Made by a program: the position numbers and the translations under genes. A model generated the notes under the pieces. The model made no database searches and was not told the origin of the DNA. It was given only the letters and a program-made list of their open reading frames with translations. Below are positions 11,973 to 21,750 of a DNA stretch of 64,000 nt, in pieces (within the stretch, counting starts at the first letter, position 1; the number at the start of each line of letters is the position of its first letter). Source of the DNA: an uncultured Chloroflexia bacterium (GTDB taxonomy: Bacteria > Chloroflexota > Anaerolineae > Anaerolineales > UBA11579); contig CAWCOT010000006.1 in NCBI GenBank assembly GCA_963797275.1, positions 64,640 through 128,639 of the forward strand, given 5' to 3'.

Positions 11973-13625
11973 TTATGACCAGGTGCGGTTGAAATCTTCG
12001 ATGGCACTTCGCAACTTAGCTTTCAGATCGTCGCTGAGCGCCTTCTTGGTGCGAATCTCTTTGAGGATGTCTGCCTGGGAGGCGTCCATATAACGCATCA
12101 AGGCAGCCTCCCATTCAGTGACGCGGTCGATAGCGATGCCGTCAATCAGTCCACTGGTACCGGCAAAAATGGAGACCACTTCGTGCTCCAGAGAGACTGG
12201 CTCATATTGTGGCTGCTTGAGAATTTCCTGCAAACGCTGACCGCGGTTTAGTTGAGATTGCGTTGCCTTATCCAAACTGGAGCCGAACTGGGCAAAGGCC
12301 GCCAATTCACGGAAGGAAGCCATGTCGAGACGTAGACCTCCGGCCACCTGCTTCATGGCCTTGGTCTGGGCGTCGCCGCCCACCCGAGAAACCGAAAGGC
12401 CGGCATTAATCGCCGGACGGATGCCAGCGTAAAACAAGTTGGCTTCCAGGTAAATCTGGCCATCCGTAATAGAAATGACGTTGGTGGGCACATAAGCGGA
12501 GACGTCACCCAACAGGGTTTCAATGATTGGTAGGGCCGTTAAGGAGCCGCCGGTGCCTTCCAACTCGGCAATCTTGGTGTCCTTGTTTTCTTTGGCTGCC
12601 TCTTCTGCATTGTGTTTGGCCAGTGGGCCGCCATATACCTGCTTGTTGATCGCATCCTTCTTGGAGGCGATCGCGTCCTTGAAATCCTTGGGAACTAAAA
12701 CGTAGTTGTCAGCCAAGCGGGCCGCCCGTTCCAAAAGGCGGGAGTGCAAGTAGAAAACATCGCCTGGATATGCTTCGCGCCCAGGCGGGCGGCGCAGCAG
12801 CAAGGACACTTGGCGGTAGGCCCAGGCATGCTTAGAGAGGTCGTCGTACACAATCAGGGCGTCGCGCCCAGTTTCCATGAACTCTTCGCCAATGGTGCAG
12901 CCTGCATATGGTGCAATGTATTGCAGGGCGGCGGGTTCTTCAGCAGAGGCTACCAAGACCACGGTATGGTCCATGGCGCCGTGCTCTTCCAGGATAGCTA
13001 CAGTGCGGGCAATACCGGCTTTCTTCTGTCCGATGGCCACATAGATGCACAGCAGATCCTGGCCTTTTTGGTTGATGATGGTATCGATGGCCAGGGCAGT
13101 TTTCCCTGTCTGGCGGTCGCCGATGATAAGCTGGCGCTGGCCGCGGCCTACAGGGGTCAAAGCATCGATAGCTTTAATTCCGGTTTGAACGGGAGTGTCA
13201 ACATCCTTGCGTTGAATCACGCCCGGGGCAATGCGTTCAATAGGGCGGAAATGATCGGATGGGATGGGTCCCTTGCCGTCTATAGGTTCCCCCAGGGCGT
13301 TGACCACACGGCCGACCATGCCATCTCCAACAGGGACCGAGGCGATGCGGCCGGTGGAGCGCACCGTGGTGCCCTCCTGAATGCCGGAGAACTCGCCCAT
13401 GATAATAATGCCGACATTGTCCTCCTCAAGGTTGAAGGCAATCCCCATAACGCCATTGTCGAATTGCACTAACTCCTGAGCCTGGACTTGGGCCAGGCCG
13501 GAGGCACGCGCAATGCCGTCGCCCGCTTCGGTAACAGTACCGACATCGCGCAATTCCAATTCAGGCTTAAAGTCTTCAATCTGCTTCTGTAAGCTAGTGG
13601 AAATATCTTTTATCAAATCAGGCAT
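11973..13625 (-). CDS. atpA: F1 ATP synthase alpha subunit with a long internal insertion
   Basis: GDRQTGKT Walker [12 protein letters not shown] and [11 protein letters not shown]. It is 550 aa because 56 residues lie between LERAAR and GSLTALP. Confidence 0.95.
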   Translation of the reverse strand: MPDLIKDISTSLQKQIEDFKPELELRDVGTVTEAGDGIARASGLAQVQAQELVQFDNGVMGIAFNLEEDNVGIIIMGEFSGIQEGTTVRSTGRIASVPVGDGMVGRVVNALGEPIDGKGPIPSDHFRPIERIAPGVIQRKDVDTPVQTGIKAIDALTPVGRGQRQLIIGDRQTGKTALAIDTIINQKGQDLLCIYVAIGQKKAGIARTVAILEEHGAMDHTVVLVASAEEPAALQYIAPYAGCTIGEEFMETGRDALIVYDDLSKHAWAYRQVSLLLRRPPGREAYPGDVFYLHSRLLERAARLADNYVLVPKDFKDAIASKKDAINKQVYGGPLAKHNAEEAAKENKDTKIAELEGTGGSLTALPIIETLLGDVSAYVPTNVISITDGQIYLEANLFYAGIRPAINAGLSVSRVGGDAQTKAMKQVAGGLRLDMASFRELAAFAQFGSSLDKATQSQLNRGQRLQEILKQPQYEPVSLEHEVVSIFAGTSGLIDGIAIDRVTEWEAALMRYMDASQADILKEIRTKKALSDDLKAKLRSAIEDFNRTWS

Positions 13626-13790
13626 GGAATCAACTCCGTTGGGGGTTGAAATGGGCGAATAGATTTACCCATGATAACTGAAAGGGTTTTGCTTGTCCAG
13701 TAATTCACAAACCAGCTACTCCGGAGGCTGTAGCCCGTTCTTTTCCCGGTTGGAGTGAGCGGCAATGATAACAGGGAAGATTCATGGATT

Positions 13791-13818
13791 TTGCCGAAGC
13801 AGGTCGGCTTGGTATAAT
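13791..13818 (+). promoter_or_regulatory. Candidate sigma-70-type promoter for the J-domain gene
   Basis: TTGCCG, a 16-nt spacer, then TATAAT (13813-13818), 15 nt before the ATG at 13833. Confidence 0.4.
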
Positions 13819-13832
13819 TTTTCCCTTATGCC

Positions 13833-14639
13833 ATGAAGGGTACCAAGGCAAAAACTAGCTTATCTACAGCTATCAACCCTGATCTGGAAGGATTGCGCGC
13901 CAGGGTGGAGCGACGCCGCGAGTATCTGGAACTCCTGGAAACCGAACTGACCAACACACGCGGCGTTATTCGCGATTTCACCCAGGTTTACAACGACCGT
14001 ATCGCCCCACTGCAAAAAGAACAGGCCCGATTGCATCTCAGGGTGGAGGAACTGATGGTCGACCAGGCACCGCCCTCCAGTGGATGGCGAACCAATGGGC
14101 ATGGGCAAGCCCCCAATGGGACTGAAAGGTCCAAGGGCCATCGAGAAAACGAGCGTATCCCAAAGAAAAAACCGGCTCCCAACAAAGACCCTGATTACGA
14201 GCGCAAGATCCGTGATCTATTCCGGCGACTAGCAAAGCGTTATCACCCCGACGTGGCGCGCAATGATGAAGAGAGGAAGCACCACGAAGCCATCATGGCG
14301 GAAATCAACCGCGCCTATATGGACAAGGACCTGGAAACTCTGGAAGCCTTGGCAAAGAGTCACCCCAGCGGCTTCAACGGCGCGGCCCGCTCCCCGGAAG
14401 CCGAACTGGCAAGACTGACCCTGGAATTACGGCAGTTGGAAGCCATGATCTTCGAAGTTGAGAACACCATCCGAGATCTGGACCTATCACCTGCTATGCA
14501 GATGCATAGCGAGACCAAGGGAGACCGCAAAAGCAAGCACGACATATTCGCAGAAATGGAAGCCGAGTTGCGAGCTCGCATCGCGGAGCTGCAGGAGCAA
14601 CTAATCGTTTTAGGTGGGGAAATCGGGAAACAAAACTAG
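13833..14639 (+). CDS. J-domain (DnaJ-like) coiled-coil protein
   Basis: LFRRLAKRYHPDVARNDEERKHHEAIMAEINRAY contains the HPD tripeptide, flanked by heptad-like charged helices. Confidence 0.6.
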   Translation: MKGTKAKTSLSTAINPDLEGLRARVERRREYLELLETELTNTRGVIRDFTQVYNDRIAPLQKEQARLHLRVEELMVDQAPPSSGWRTNGHGQAPNGTERSKGHRENERIPKKKPAPNKDPDYERKIRDLFRRLAKRYHPDVARNDEERKHHEAIMAEINRAYMDKDLETLEALAKSHPSGFNGAARSPEAELARLTLELRQLEAMIFEVENTIRDLDLSPAMQMHSETKGDRKSKHDIFAEMEAELRARIAELQEQLIVLGGEIGKQN

Positions 14640-15214
14640 CGGCCAAAGTAACGTAAGGCCAATTTCAATCTTTCTTCCAATTCAATCGGGGCATCCTGCG
14701 GCAGGGATTGCAGCGCGGTCTGTGCTTCAACGACGCTATAGCCTAGGCCGGTGAGCGCTTCCAGCAGGTCGCCGTCGCTGCTTTGCTGCTGCAAAGCCTC
14801 TTCGTCGCCTTCGGCGGGCAGCACACGGTCAGTGAGGTGCAACACGATCTTCTGGGCGGTTTTGCTGCCTACACCGGGAACCTTGGCTATCACTGCACTT
14901 TGCCCTCCAATCACGGCGGCGCGGAGGGCCGCCGGGGTCAGGCTGGAGAGCACCGCCAGCGCCAAACGGGGGCCTACCCGATCCACTCCCAGCAGCAGGG
15001 TAAAAAGCTGCCTGGCTTCCATGGTGGCAAAGCCGTATAGGCTCAATTCATTTTCTCGGACCACCAAGTAAGTATGCAAAGAAAGGGTTTGGCCAACGTG
15101 GGTTTGCAGTAACAACGGCTGGGGCACATTGATCTTGAATCCGACCCCAGAGATTTCCAAGGTAAGGCTGCTCTCGTCGATGTGGGCCACCCGGCCGCTC
15201 AGGCTTGAAATCAT
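14636..15214 (-). CDS. ruvA: Holliday junction branch-migration complex subunit RuvA
   Basis: MISSLSGRV...LEISGVGFKINV OB N-terminus and HhH motifs (VPGVGSKTAQKIVL). Confidence 0.9.
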   Translation of the reverse strand: MISSLSGRVAHIDESSLTLEISGVGFKINVPQPLLLQTHVGQTLSLHTYLVVRENELSLYGFATMEARQLFTLLLGVDRVGPRLALAVLSSLTPAALRAAVIGGQSAVIAKVPGVGSKTAQKIVLHLTDRVLPAEGDEEALQQQSSDGDLLEALTGLGYSVVEAQTALQSLPQDAPIELEERLKLALRYFGR

Positions 15215-15217
15215 TGC

Positions 15218-16474
15218 CTAAATGAGGAACACTGCGGCAATGCCCACGGCCAGGATCAAGGCGGCGCCGGGGGCCAGCATCCTGCGCAACTTTGGAGAGC
15301 CCAGTTGCAATACCAGCAAGCCTTTGAACAAGGTATTGGTGATGGCCGCAAGCACCAAACCCTGAGTGGCCACCTGCAGGCTCAGGCCGCCGCGGGCGCT
15401 CAATTCAGCCAAAGTCAAGGTTATGGCGTTCACATCTGAAAAGCCCGAAATAAGGCTGGAAAGCAAAACGCCCTGGTCGCCCAAATACAGTTGGGCGGCC
15501 CGAGAAATCAGCAGAATCAGCGCGTATACCAGACCAAAGGCCAGGGCGGTGCCCAGGCTAAAAGGATTATTAAAAGGGATGTCCTCTTTGCCAGGACCCC
15601 CGTGAGCCCTCCATAGATAGATGGAAAAGCCCACGCCAGCCAAGCCACTGGCAGCCAGCGGCAGCCAGGCTGCCTGCAGCAATTGCCAGTTGACCACGCC
15701 CACCTGGAAAGCGATACGAACAAACATAACGGTCCAAGCCACCATTATGGCCAGGGCCAGGGCGCGGGCAACTTTGCCCTTTTTGGCGCTGCGTGGTGCC
15801 AGGGTCAAAGTGACTGCGGTGCTGGAGACCAAGCCGCCCAGCAGCCCGGTCATGCCGATGCCATTCTTGCTGCCCATCACCTTGATCAGCACGTAGCCCA
15901 GGAAGCTTATGCCGGAAATGAAGACAACCATCAGCCAGATACGAAATGGGTTGAGTACATCAAAAGGAGGGGGTAGAAGTGCTTTGTTCGGAAGTACTGG
16001 CAGGACGATGGCACTAATGATGGCAAACTGCAATGCAGCAAAAATAGCCTCGCGAGTAAGTGATTCCACCAACCGATCTGTCTCCAGTTTGATCGACAGC
16101 AGCAGGGTGGTTGCAATTCCCAGGGCACCGGCCAAACCGACATAATTCCAATAACACAGGCCGCCAAGAATGACCGTCACGAGGATGGCGGCCTCGGTGG
16201 TCATGCCGAAATGTTCGTTGCGAGCCTTGAAAACGTAGCCCACAACCACCAGCAATCCCACTGACACCAACAGACCGAAAAAGATCAGCGGCTGGCCAAA
16301 CTGGTTGGAGGCCATAGCGGCCAGTGCCCCACTCAGGGCCAGCAGGGCAAAGGTGCGCTCGCCGGCAGGGATGGTCTTGCCTAAGCCGCCATGCGAAAAC
16401 TCGCGCTGCAAACCAATAGAGAATCCAATGGCCAAGGCCGCACCAAAACGAATAAAAAGGTCTAGATCGCTCAT
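15218..16474 (-). CDS. MgtC/SapB-family plus DUF4010 polytopic membrane protein
   Basis: About 12 predicted TM helices and a 418-aa architecture typical of MgtC-N plus DUF4010. Only 3-nt gaps separate it from ruvC and ruvA. Confidence 0.65.
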   Translation of the reverse strand: MSDLDLFIRFGAALAIGFSIGLQREFSHGGLGKTIPAGERTFALLALSGALAAMASNQFGQPLIFFGLLVSVGLLVVVGYVFKARNEHFGMTTEAAILVTVILGGLCYWNYVGLAGALGIATTLLLSIKLETDRLVESLTREAIFAALQFAIISAIVLPVLPNKALLPPPFDVLNPFRIWLMVVFISGISFLGYVLIKVMGSKNGIGMTGLLGGLVSSTAVTLTLAPRSAKKGKVARALALAIMVAWTVMFVRIAFQVGVVNWQLLQAAWLPLAASGLAGVGFSIYLWRAHGGPGKEDIPFNNPFSLGTALAFGLVYALILLISRAAQLYLGDQGVLLSSLISGFSDVNAITLTLAELSARGGLSLQVATQGLVLAAITNTLFKGLLVLQLGSPKLRRMLAPGAALILAVGIAAVFLI

Positions 16475-16477
16475 GCG

Positions 16478-16972
16478 TTAACTTTCGATGTTTTGTTCGG
16501 TGCGCTGTGTGTTCAAGTGGCAAATGGCCACAGCCAGGGCGTCGGCAGCGTCGTCGGGGGTGGGCAATTCCGGCAGGTTCAACAAGGCGCGCACCATGCT
16601 TTGCATCTGCTTCTTGTCCGCGCCGCCATACCCGCTAACAGCTTGCTTCACCTGGTTGGGAGTATAGTCATAGCTGGGAATGCCCGCCTGTTCCAAGGCT
16701 AGCAGCACCACTCCCCGGGCTTGCCCAACACTCATGGCGGTGCGCACATTGCGCTGAAAGAAAAGCGATTCCACCGCAGCAGTAAGCGGTTGATGAGCTT
16801 GCAGCAGTTCGTTCAGTGAGGAGTAAATGACCGCCAGGCGTTCGCTGGGAGGCATATTTGCGGGGGTCAGGATTACACCATAATCGGCGGCCAGCAAATC
16901 TCCGGCATCGGTACGCTCAACAAGGCCATAACCTGTAATAGCAGTACCTGGGTCAATCCCGATTGCCAACAT
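16478..16972 (-). CDS. ruvC: Crossover junction endodeoxyribonuclease RuvC
   Basis: MLAIGIDPGTAITGYG (catalytic Asp) and DAADALAVAICH. Confidence 0.92.
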   Translation of the reverse strand: MLAIGIDPGTAITGYGLVERTDAGDLLAADYGVILTPANMPPSERLAVIYSSLNELLQAHQPLTAAVESLFFQRNVRTAMSVGQARGVVLLALEQAGIPSYDYTPNQVKQAVSGYGGADKKQMQSMVRALLNLPELPTPDDAADALAVAICHLNTQRTEQNIES

Positions 16973-16992
16973 ATCAGCCGGACCGGACGATC

Positions 16993-17745
16993 CTAGGCCG
17001 ATTCGAGTTGTTGAAGGGCTTCGTCGCTAATCTTGAGGTTGTAGGCAATGTTCTGCACGTCATCCAGCTCTTCGATGGCTTCGATTGTGCGCATCACCTG
17101 CAGGGTTTCTTCGTGCCCTAGATCCATTTCCTGATTGGGCTGCATGCGCAACCCGGCATCGTCTACCTCGATGCCTGCTTTTCTCAGGGCATCGCCAATG
17201 GTTTTGAAAGCATCCACGGGGCCGGTGATCTCGGCCTGCCCTTCCTCCACCCAAACATCATTGGCGCCCGCCTCGACCGCAAGTTCGAAGATCTGGTCCT
17301 CAGTGCGGTTACCGGTGGGGAATGAGAAGAAAGCCACGCGAGTAAACTGCCAGCCTACCGAACCCGCCTCCCCCATGCTGCCGCCGTGGCGGGTAAGGGC
17401 ATGGCGCAGGTCAGAAACGGTGCGATTGCGGTTGTCGGTAACCGTCTCGATAATGACGGCTACGCCGTGGGGGGCAAAGCCTTCGTAGGTCACTTGCTCC
17501 AAGGCGGCCCCTTCTTTATCTTCGCCGGTGCCTCGTTTTATAGCACGCTCGATATTGGCGGCGGGCATGCTTTCCGCTTTGGCTTTATCTATGGCAACGC
17601 GCAGGCTGAAGTTGGTGTCCGGGCTGCCGCCTTCGCGAGCGGCAATGGCGATCTCCCGTGCTAAGCGCGTGAAGGCCTGACCCCGCTTAGCGTCCGTTAC
17701 TTCTTTCTTTCGTTTGATTGTCTTCCATTTACTATGACCGGACAT
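16993..17745 (-). CDS. yebC: YebC/PmpR-family transcriptional regulator
   Basis: MSGHSKWKTIKRKKE canonical N-terminus. The ORF opens further upstream (17910), but that extension has no family similarity. Confidence 0.9.
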   Translation of the reverse strand: MSGHSKWKTIKRKKEVTDAKRGQAFTRLAREIAIAAREGGSPDTNFSLRVAIDKAKAESMPAANIERAIKRGTGEDKEGAALEQVTYEGFAPHGVAVIIETVTDNRNRTVSDLRHALTRHGGSMGEAGSVGWQFTRVAFFSFPTGNRTEDQIFELAVEAGANDVWVEEGQAEITGPVDAFKTIGDALRKAGIEVDDAGLRMQPNQEMDLGHEETLQVMRTIEAIEELDDVQNIAYNLKISDEALQQLESA

Positions 17746-17944
17746 TTTTCTCCTGTTTGCTGCGGGGGAAAAATTATACCATCGCGACCCCGGCAAGGAT
17801 TTTGGGGGCGGGGGGTTAGCATCTTTGATGCATCGGTTTTTAGGGATATAGTTCACGATTAATGCCACCAAAATTTGAGGAGGGCGGGGAGTTATCAAGC
17901 AAATTGCCAACTACGATATAATCTCGGCTCACCGTAAGGTCAAT

Positions 17945-18021
<77 letters not shown>

Positions 18022-18022
18022 G

Positions 18023-18053
18023 AAAAGCCCTTTCCAGTGGAAAGGGCTTTTTG
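18023..18053. terminator. Bidirectional terminator after tRNA-Pro and the convergent peptidase gene
   Basis: AAAGCCCTTTCCagtGGAAAGGGCTTTtt, a 12-bp stem. Confidence 0.75.
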
Positions 18054-18076
18054 GTTACTTGGTGCAAGCTTCGGGG

Positions 18077-18958
18077 CTATTGCCAGCCGGGCGTATTGCA
18101 GGTATCTATATCGCCGGAGCGCATGCCATCCTGCAGGGCTGCCAGGCGTTGTTGGGAGGACCCATGTGTCCAGGCGTCGGGAACAATGTAGCCCCGAGTC
18201 TGCTGCTGGATGCGATCATCGCCCGCAGACGCGGCGGCATCCAGGGCTTGAACGAGGTCGTCACGGGTCAGGCTGTTGATATACCCGGTTTCTGTGGCAT
18301 GGTTTAGCCATATGCCAGCCAGGCAGTCCGCCTGCAGCTCGGTAAAGACGATGTCGCTATCTGGCCCGGTGTCCTGGATCATGCCCGAGGTGTTCAAAAC
18401 GCCAAACAGATTCTGGATATGATGACCATATTCATGGGCGACGATGTAGGCCTCGGCGATGGGGCCTCCCTGGGCGCCAAATTGAGCCTGGATGGTGTCA
18501 AAGAAGGACAAATCGATATAGACCATCTGGTCGCTGGGACAATAGAACGGCCCGGTGGCGCTGGAGGCGAACCCGCAAGCGCCCTGAGTGGAGCCGGAGT
18601 ACAGAACGGTTTGGGCGGGCACATAATTCATGCCAAAACCAGTGAACTCTTCCGCCCAGAAGGCCTGGATGCTGTTCACAAAGCCCACCAGCCGGCAATC
18701 TTCGCGGGAGTTCGCGTCAGCACCCGTCTGACATTCTGTTGCCAAATCGGCGGCGTCCTGATAATAGCCTTCTGAGTTGTCGGGGACAGACGATGCAGCA
18801 TTCAACAAGGCCGAGGGGTCCAAACCTAAAAATAGAGATACGAGAAGCACCAAGACGCCGATACCCCCACCACCGACCAGAACGGTTCGCCCGGTGCGCC
18901 GGCCTCGACGGTCTTGTACTTGCGAGGGGTCTAATTGTTTTTGATCATTAAATGACAT
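18077..18958 (-). CDS. YpfJ-family neutral zinc metallopeptidase, membrane-anchored
   Basis: VQDRRGRR N-terminus, a single TM helix, and HEYGHHIQN (HExxH). Confidence 0.8.
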   Translation of the reverse strand: MSFNDQKQLDPSQVQDRRGRRTGRTVLVGGGGIGVLVLLVSLFLGLDPSALLNAASSVPDNSEGYYQDAADLATECQTGADANSREDCRLVGFVNSIQAFWAEEFTGFGMNYVPAQTVLYSGSTQGACGFASSATGPFYCPSDQMVYIDLSFFDTIQAQFGAQGGPIAEAYIVAHEYGHHIQNLFGVLNTSGMIQDTGPDSDIVFTELQADCLAGIWLNHATETGYINSLTRDDLVQALDAAASAGDDRIQQQTRGYIVPDAWTHGSSQQRLAALQDGMRSGDIDTCNTPGWQ

Positions 18959-19581
18959 GGGATGTCATCTCAATAGCGAATTGGGCCGATGTGACTTTTG
19001 CTTCAAGGTCAAACCGGCAAAGCTTAAATTTCCAAAAAGCATTCAGAAGCAACTGGCTTTGCTAGACGTACGCTCCAGAAGTTGAAGGACGCCTAACGAA
19101 ATCGCGGAGTAAATGGCATTATAACCCAAAGCAAATTCAGCCTGCCAAAATGGAGTGACTCCATCAATCCAAAGTGTAGCATGCATGATGAGCAGGGCGG
19201 CCAAATACAAGAAAAGATAAAAAAAGCCGATTTGGTATTGGGAGCCGATCTATCCAATTTAGTAAGCGGTCAACCCGCCTTGCTACCTATGGAAGACTAT
19301 CTAGAGCATGGTGTTCCTTTTTTGGTTTGGGGCGAAGTGCTGTGTAATTGAAAGTCAAGCTAACCAGACGGAGCAACAGCTATGAAAAATATCGCCAAAA
19401 CACAATTTACCGTGAATTTTATGAGGTAATCTCGTCCGTGAAATGAGGTTTAATAAAAGCCTCTCGGCCAGACTTAAAGGGCCATCTTGGATGGCCCTTT
19501 GTGTTATAAGCTAACCATAGCCTTACAAATCCTTTTTCTAAGGAGCGAGGGTACGGGAGTTCCTCTTATTCAATCCAACAG

Positions 19582-21639
19582 ATGATAAGCAACGATCGAA
19601 CATTGAAAATCGTGAGATACGGGGGCTTGGCCCTTATGCTGCTGGGGCTATGCTGGCTGGTTTTAAGTCATGCCTGGTTTACGGATGACGCGTATTTTTC
19701 TTTCCGCACGGTCGATAATTTGGTCAATGGGTACGGCCTCACCTGGAATGCAGCCGAAAGGGTGCAGGCTTTTACAAACCCTCTTTGGGTCCTCCTGCTC
19801 AGCATCCCCTACCTGTTTACAAAAGAGATATACCTAACAACTATTTTTACAAGCTTATTGCTTACGCTGGGAATAGCGCTGATTTTTTTTATTGGCATAA
19901 CCAAGACAACCAGGAACGGGATTTTAGCAATATTGCTTCTGTCGCTCTCCACCGCGTTCATTGACTATTCCACCTCGGGTCTGGAAAATCCCCTCTCGCA
20001 CTTTATCTGGATCGTCTTCCTTTTCCTTCTAATCAAATTGCCGGCTTCGCGAAAGAAGCTTTTTTGGCTCTCCCTGGTGGCCTCGTTAGGTACAGTAAAT
20101 CGATTGGATACCATCCTCTTTTTTGTTCCCCCTTTGGTTTACGAATGGTGGTTGCAGGAGGATCGCCTTGAAGCCATCAAGGTCATCGCCTTGGGAATGA
20201 TCCCTCTGCTAGCCTGGGAAGTCTTTTCGGTAATCTATTACGGCTTCCCTTTTCCGGCAACGTTCTACGCTAAGACGCAAGTCTATTTAGAGTTGAGGGA
20301 CCGCCTTTTTTGGGGACTCACATATTTGGAATTTACGGCCGTCTACGACCCGATAACATGGGTCGGGATATTGGGGGGTATTGCCTGCGCCATTTGGTTT
20401 CGCAGCCAGCGCGGGTTAAGCATAGCCGTGGGCATGGTACTTTACATACTCTACGTCGCATATGTCGGCGGAGATTTTATGGGCGGAAGGTTCCTCTCCA
20501 CGGCTTATCTGGGCGGCGTTTTTCTTATCGTCATTTTGCTACTGCCCAAGTTAAAGTCAAAGGCGGCCTATCCATTACTGGCCGCCTTCTTGGTGATCAG
20601 CCTGACGGGCAGCTCCCCCAGCTATTATTTGTATCCTAAAGATTTCCAAAAAAGTCGCTGGCCAAATGAAGGCGTTATGGTGGTTGATGAACGCAGAGAA
20701 TATTACACAACGAATTTCGTTCGCATGGAAGATTTCCATAACTTCAACAGTGACCCACAGCATTCCGTCGTAAACGACGTGGTTTTCTTAGTGAAGTCAA
20801 TCTTAAGAGGCACTGCGTTTCGAACAGAAGCCGAGAACGATTGGATCGATCTTGGAAAGGATTTGAGGGCTAAAGCAGAGGAAGAAGGCCTGCAAGTATC
20901 TACGGATGCCCATGGGTTTAGCGGGTACTATGCCGGACCAAATGTCCATTACGTTTTATATCTTGCACTTACTGACGATCTTTTGGCCCACCTACCACCC
21001 TATTACGAACCCAACTGGCGGATGGCGCACTTTGGACGAGTCATTCCTGAAGGGTATATAGAAGTTGAGCAAGGAACGCAAAGCCATTTAGACGACCCTG
21101 AAATTGACAGGTATTTCCAAAAGGTCCGGCTAATAACCGCGGGAAGTTTATTTACCTCGGAAAGATGGCAAGCTATTTGGGAAATCAACACGAAGGGATT
21201 TAACGGCTTTTTGGCTGACCGATTAACTGATTTTCGCTTTCCCAATTTGGAGCGAATCCCTTATGAGGGGCTGGGTGGCCTCCCGGAAACCGGGATAACT
21301 ATCCAGGGGTGGGCCGGAGTGGCATTCCAAATCGATTTAGGCCAGGCAGCGCAATTCTCCTCGGCTATTTTTAGGCTATCCGGTGGTGATAACTTCAAGG
21401 CTGTGTTCATTGACAAAGATGGCAATGAAATTGGGGAGACGATCCTGCTTTCATCAGATGGCCTGCCCATCGAAACCTATCAAATAAGTCGTTCCATCCC
21501 GAATCCAACGAGCGGGATATGCAGCCGTGAGAATAGAGCCTATCAGGGCGGGTTACAAACGGGCAGATTACGATTACACCCTTTTTTCAGCATCGTTCTC
21601 CCCCTAATCCAAGCCTTCGCCACAAATGGAAAGCGTTAA
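19582..21639 (+). CDS. GT-C-fold polytopic membrane glycosyltransferase-like protein (DD-motif type)
   Basis: About 12 TM helices. The first-loop motif WFTDDAYFSFRTVDNLVNGYGLTWNAAERVQAFTNPLW resembles arabinofuranosyl/ArnT-like GT-C enzymes, with a large soluble C-terminal domain. G+C is visibly lower than in neighbouring genes. Confidence 0.55.
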   Translation: MISNDRTLKIVRYGGLALMLLGLCWLVLSHAWFTDDAYFSFRTVDNLVNGYGLTWNAAERVQAFTNPLWVLLLSIPYLFTKEIYLTTIFTSLLLTLGIALIFFIGITKTTRNGILAILLLSLSTAFIDYSTSGLENPLSHFIWIVFLFLLIKLPASRKKLFWLSLVASLGTVNRLDTILFFVPPLVYEWWLQEDRLEAIKVIALGMIPLLAWEVFSVIYYGFPFPATFYAKTQVYLELRDRLFWGLTYLEFTAVYDPITWVGILGGIACAIWFRSQRGLSIAVGMVLYILYVAYVGGDFMGGRFLSTAYLGGVFLIVILLLPKLKSKAAYPLLAAFLVISLTGSSPSYYLYPKDFQKSRWPNEGVMVVDERREYYTTNFVRMEDFHNFNSDPQHSVVNDVVFLVKSILRGTAFRTEAENDWIDLGKDLRAKAEEEGLQVSTDAHGFSGYYAGPNVHYVLYLALTDDLLAHLPPYYEPNWRMAHFGRVIPEGYIEVEQGTQSHLDDPEIDRYFQKVRLITAGSLFTSERWQAIWEINTKGFNGFLADRLTDFRFPNLERIPYEGLGGLPETGITIQGWAGVAFQIDLGQAAQFSSAIFRLSGGDNFKAVFIDKDGNEIGETILLSSDGLPIETYQISRSIPNPTSGICSRENRAYQGGLQTGRLRLHPFFSIVLPLIQAFATNGKR

Positions 21640-21750
21640 GAAAAGACCATTTTTGCGGGCTTATTCCACAAACGGCCTTTAGAAGCATCATTGAAATGAT
21701 TGAGGCACCTTATAGCCGCCTTACCGGATGTAGACTAGGAGGGAATTCGA

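Noticed and set aside
12744-13472. 242-aa plus-strand ORF inside atpA. Similar long antisense or out-of-frame ORFs occur elsewhere (for example 32739-33446, 53891-54787, 59449-59976, 16014-16523, 29652-30182).
   Set aside because: Each lies entirely within a strongly supported conserved gene on the opposite strand or in another frame. Their composition is low-complexity and Arg/Gly/Ala/Pro-rich, typical of shadow ORFs in GC-rich DNA.
19055-19225. A ~57-codon hydrophobic ORF (YLFLYLAALLIMHATLWIDGVTPFWQAEFALGYNAIYSAISLGVLQLLERT...) on the minus strand of the gene-free low-GC stretch. There is also a 15-codon ORF at 19382-19429.
   Set aside because: There is no start codon or RBS context that I can support, and no recognisable family. 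It is more likely a remnant of a decayed membrane-protein gene than a functional CDS, so it is mentioned only as context for the low-GC block.
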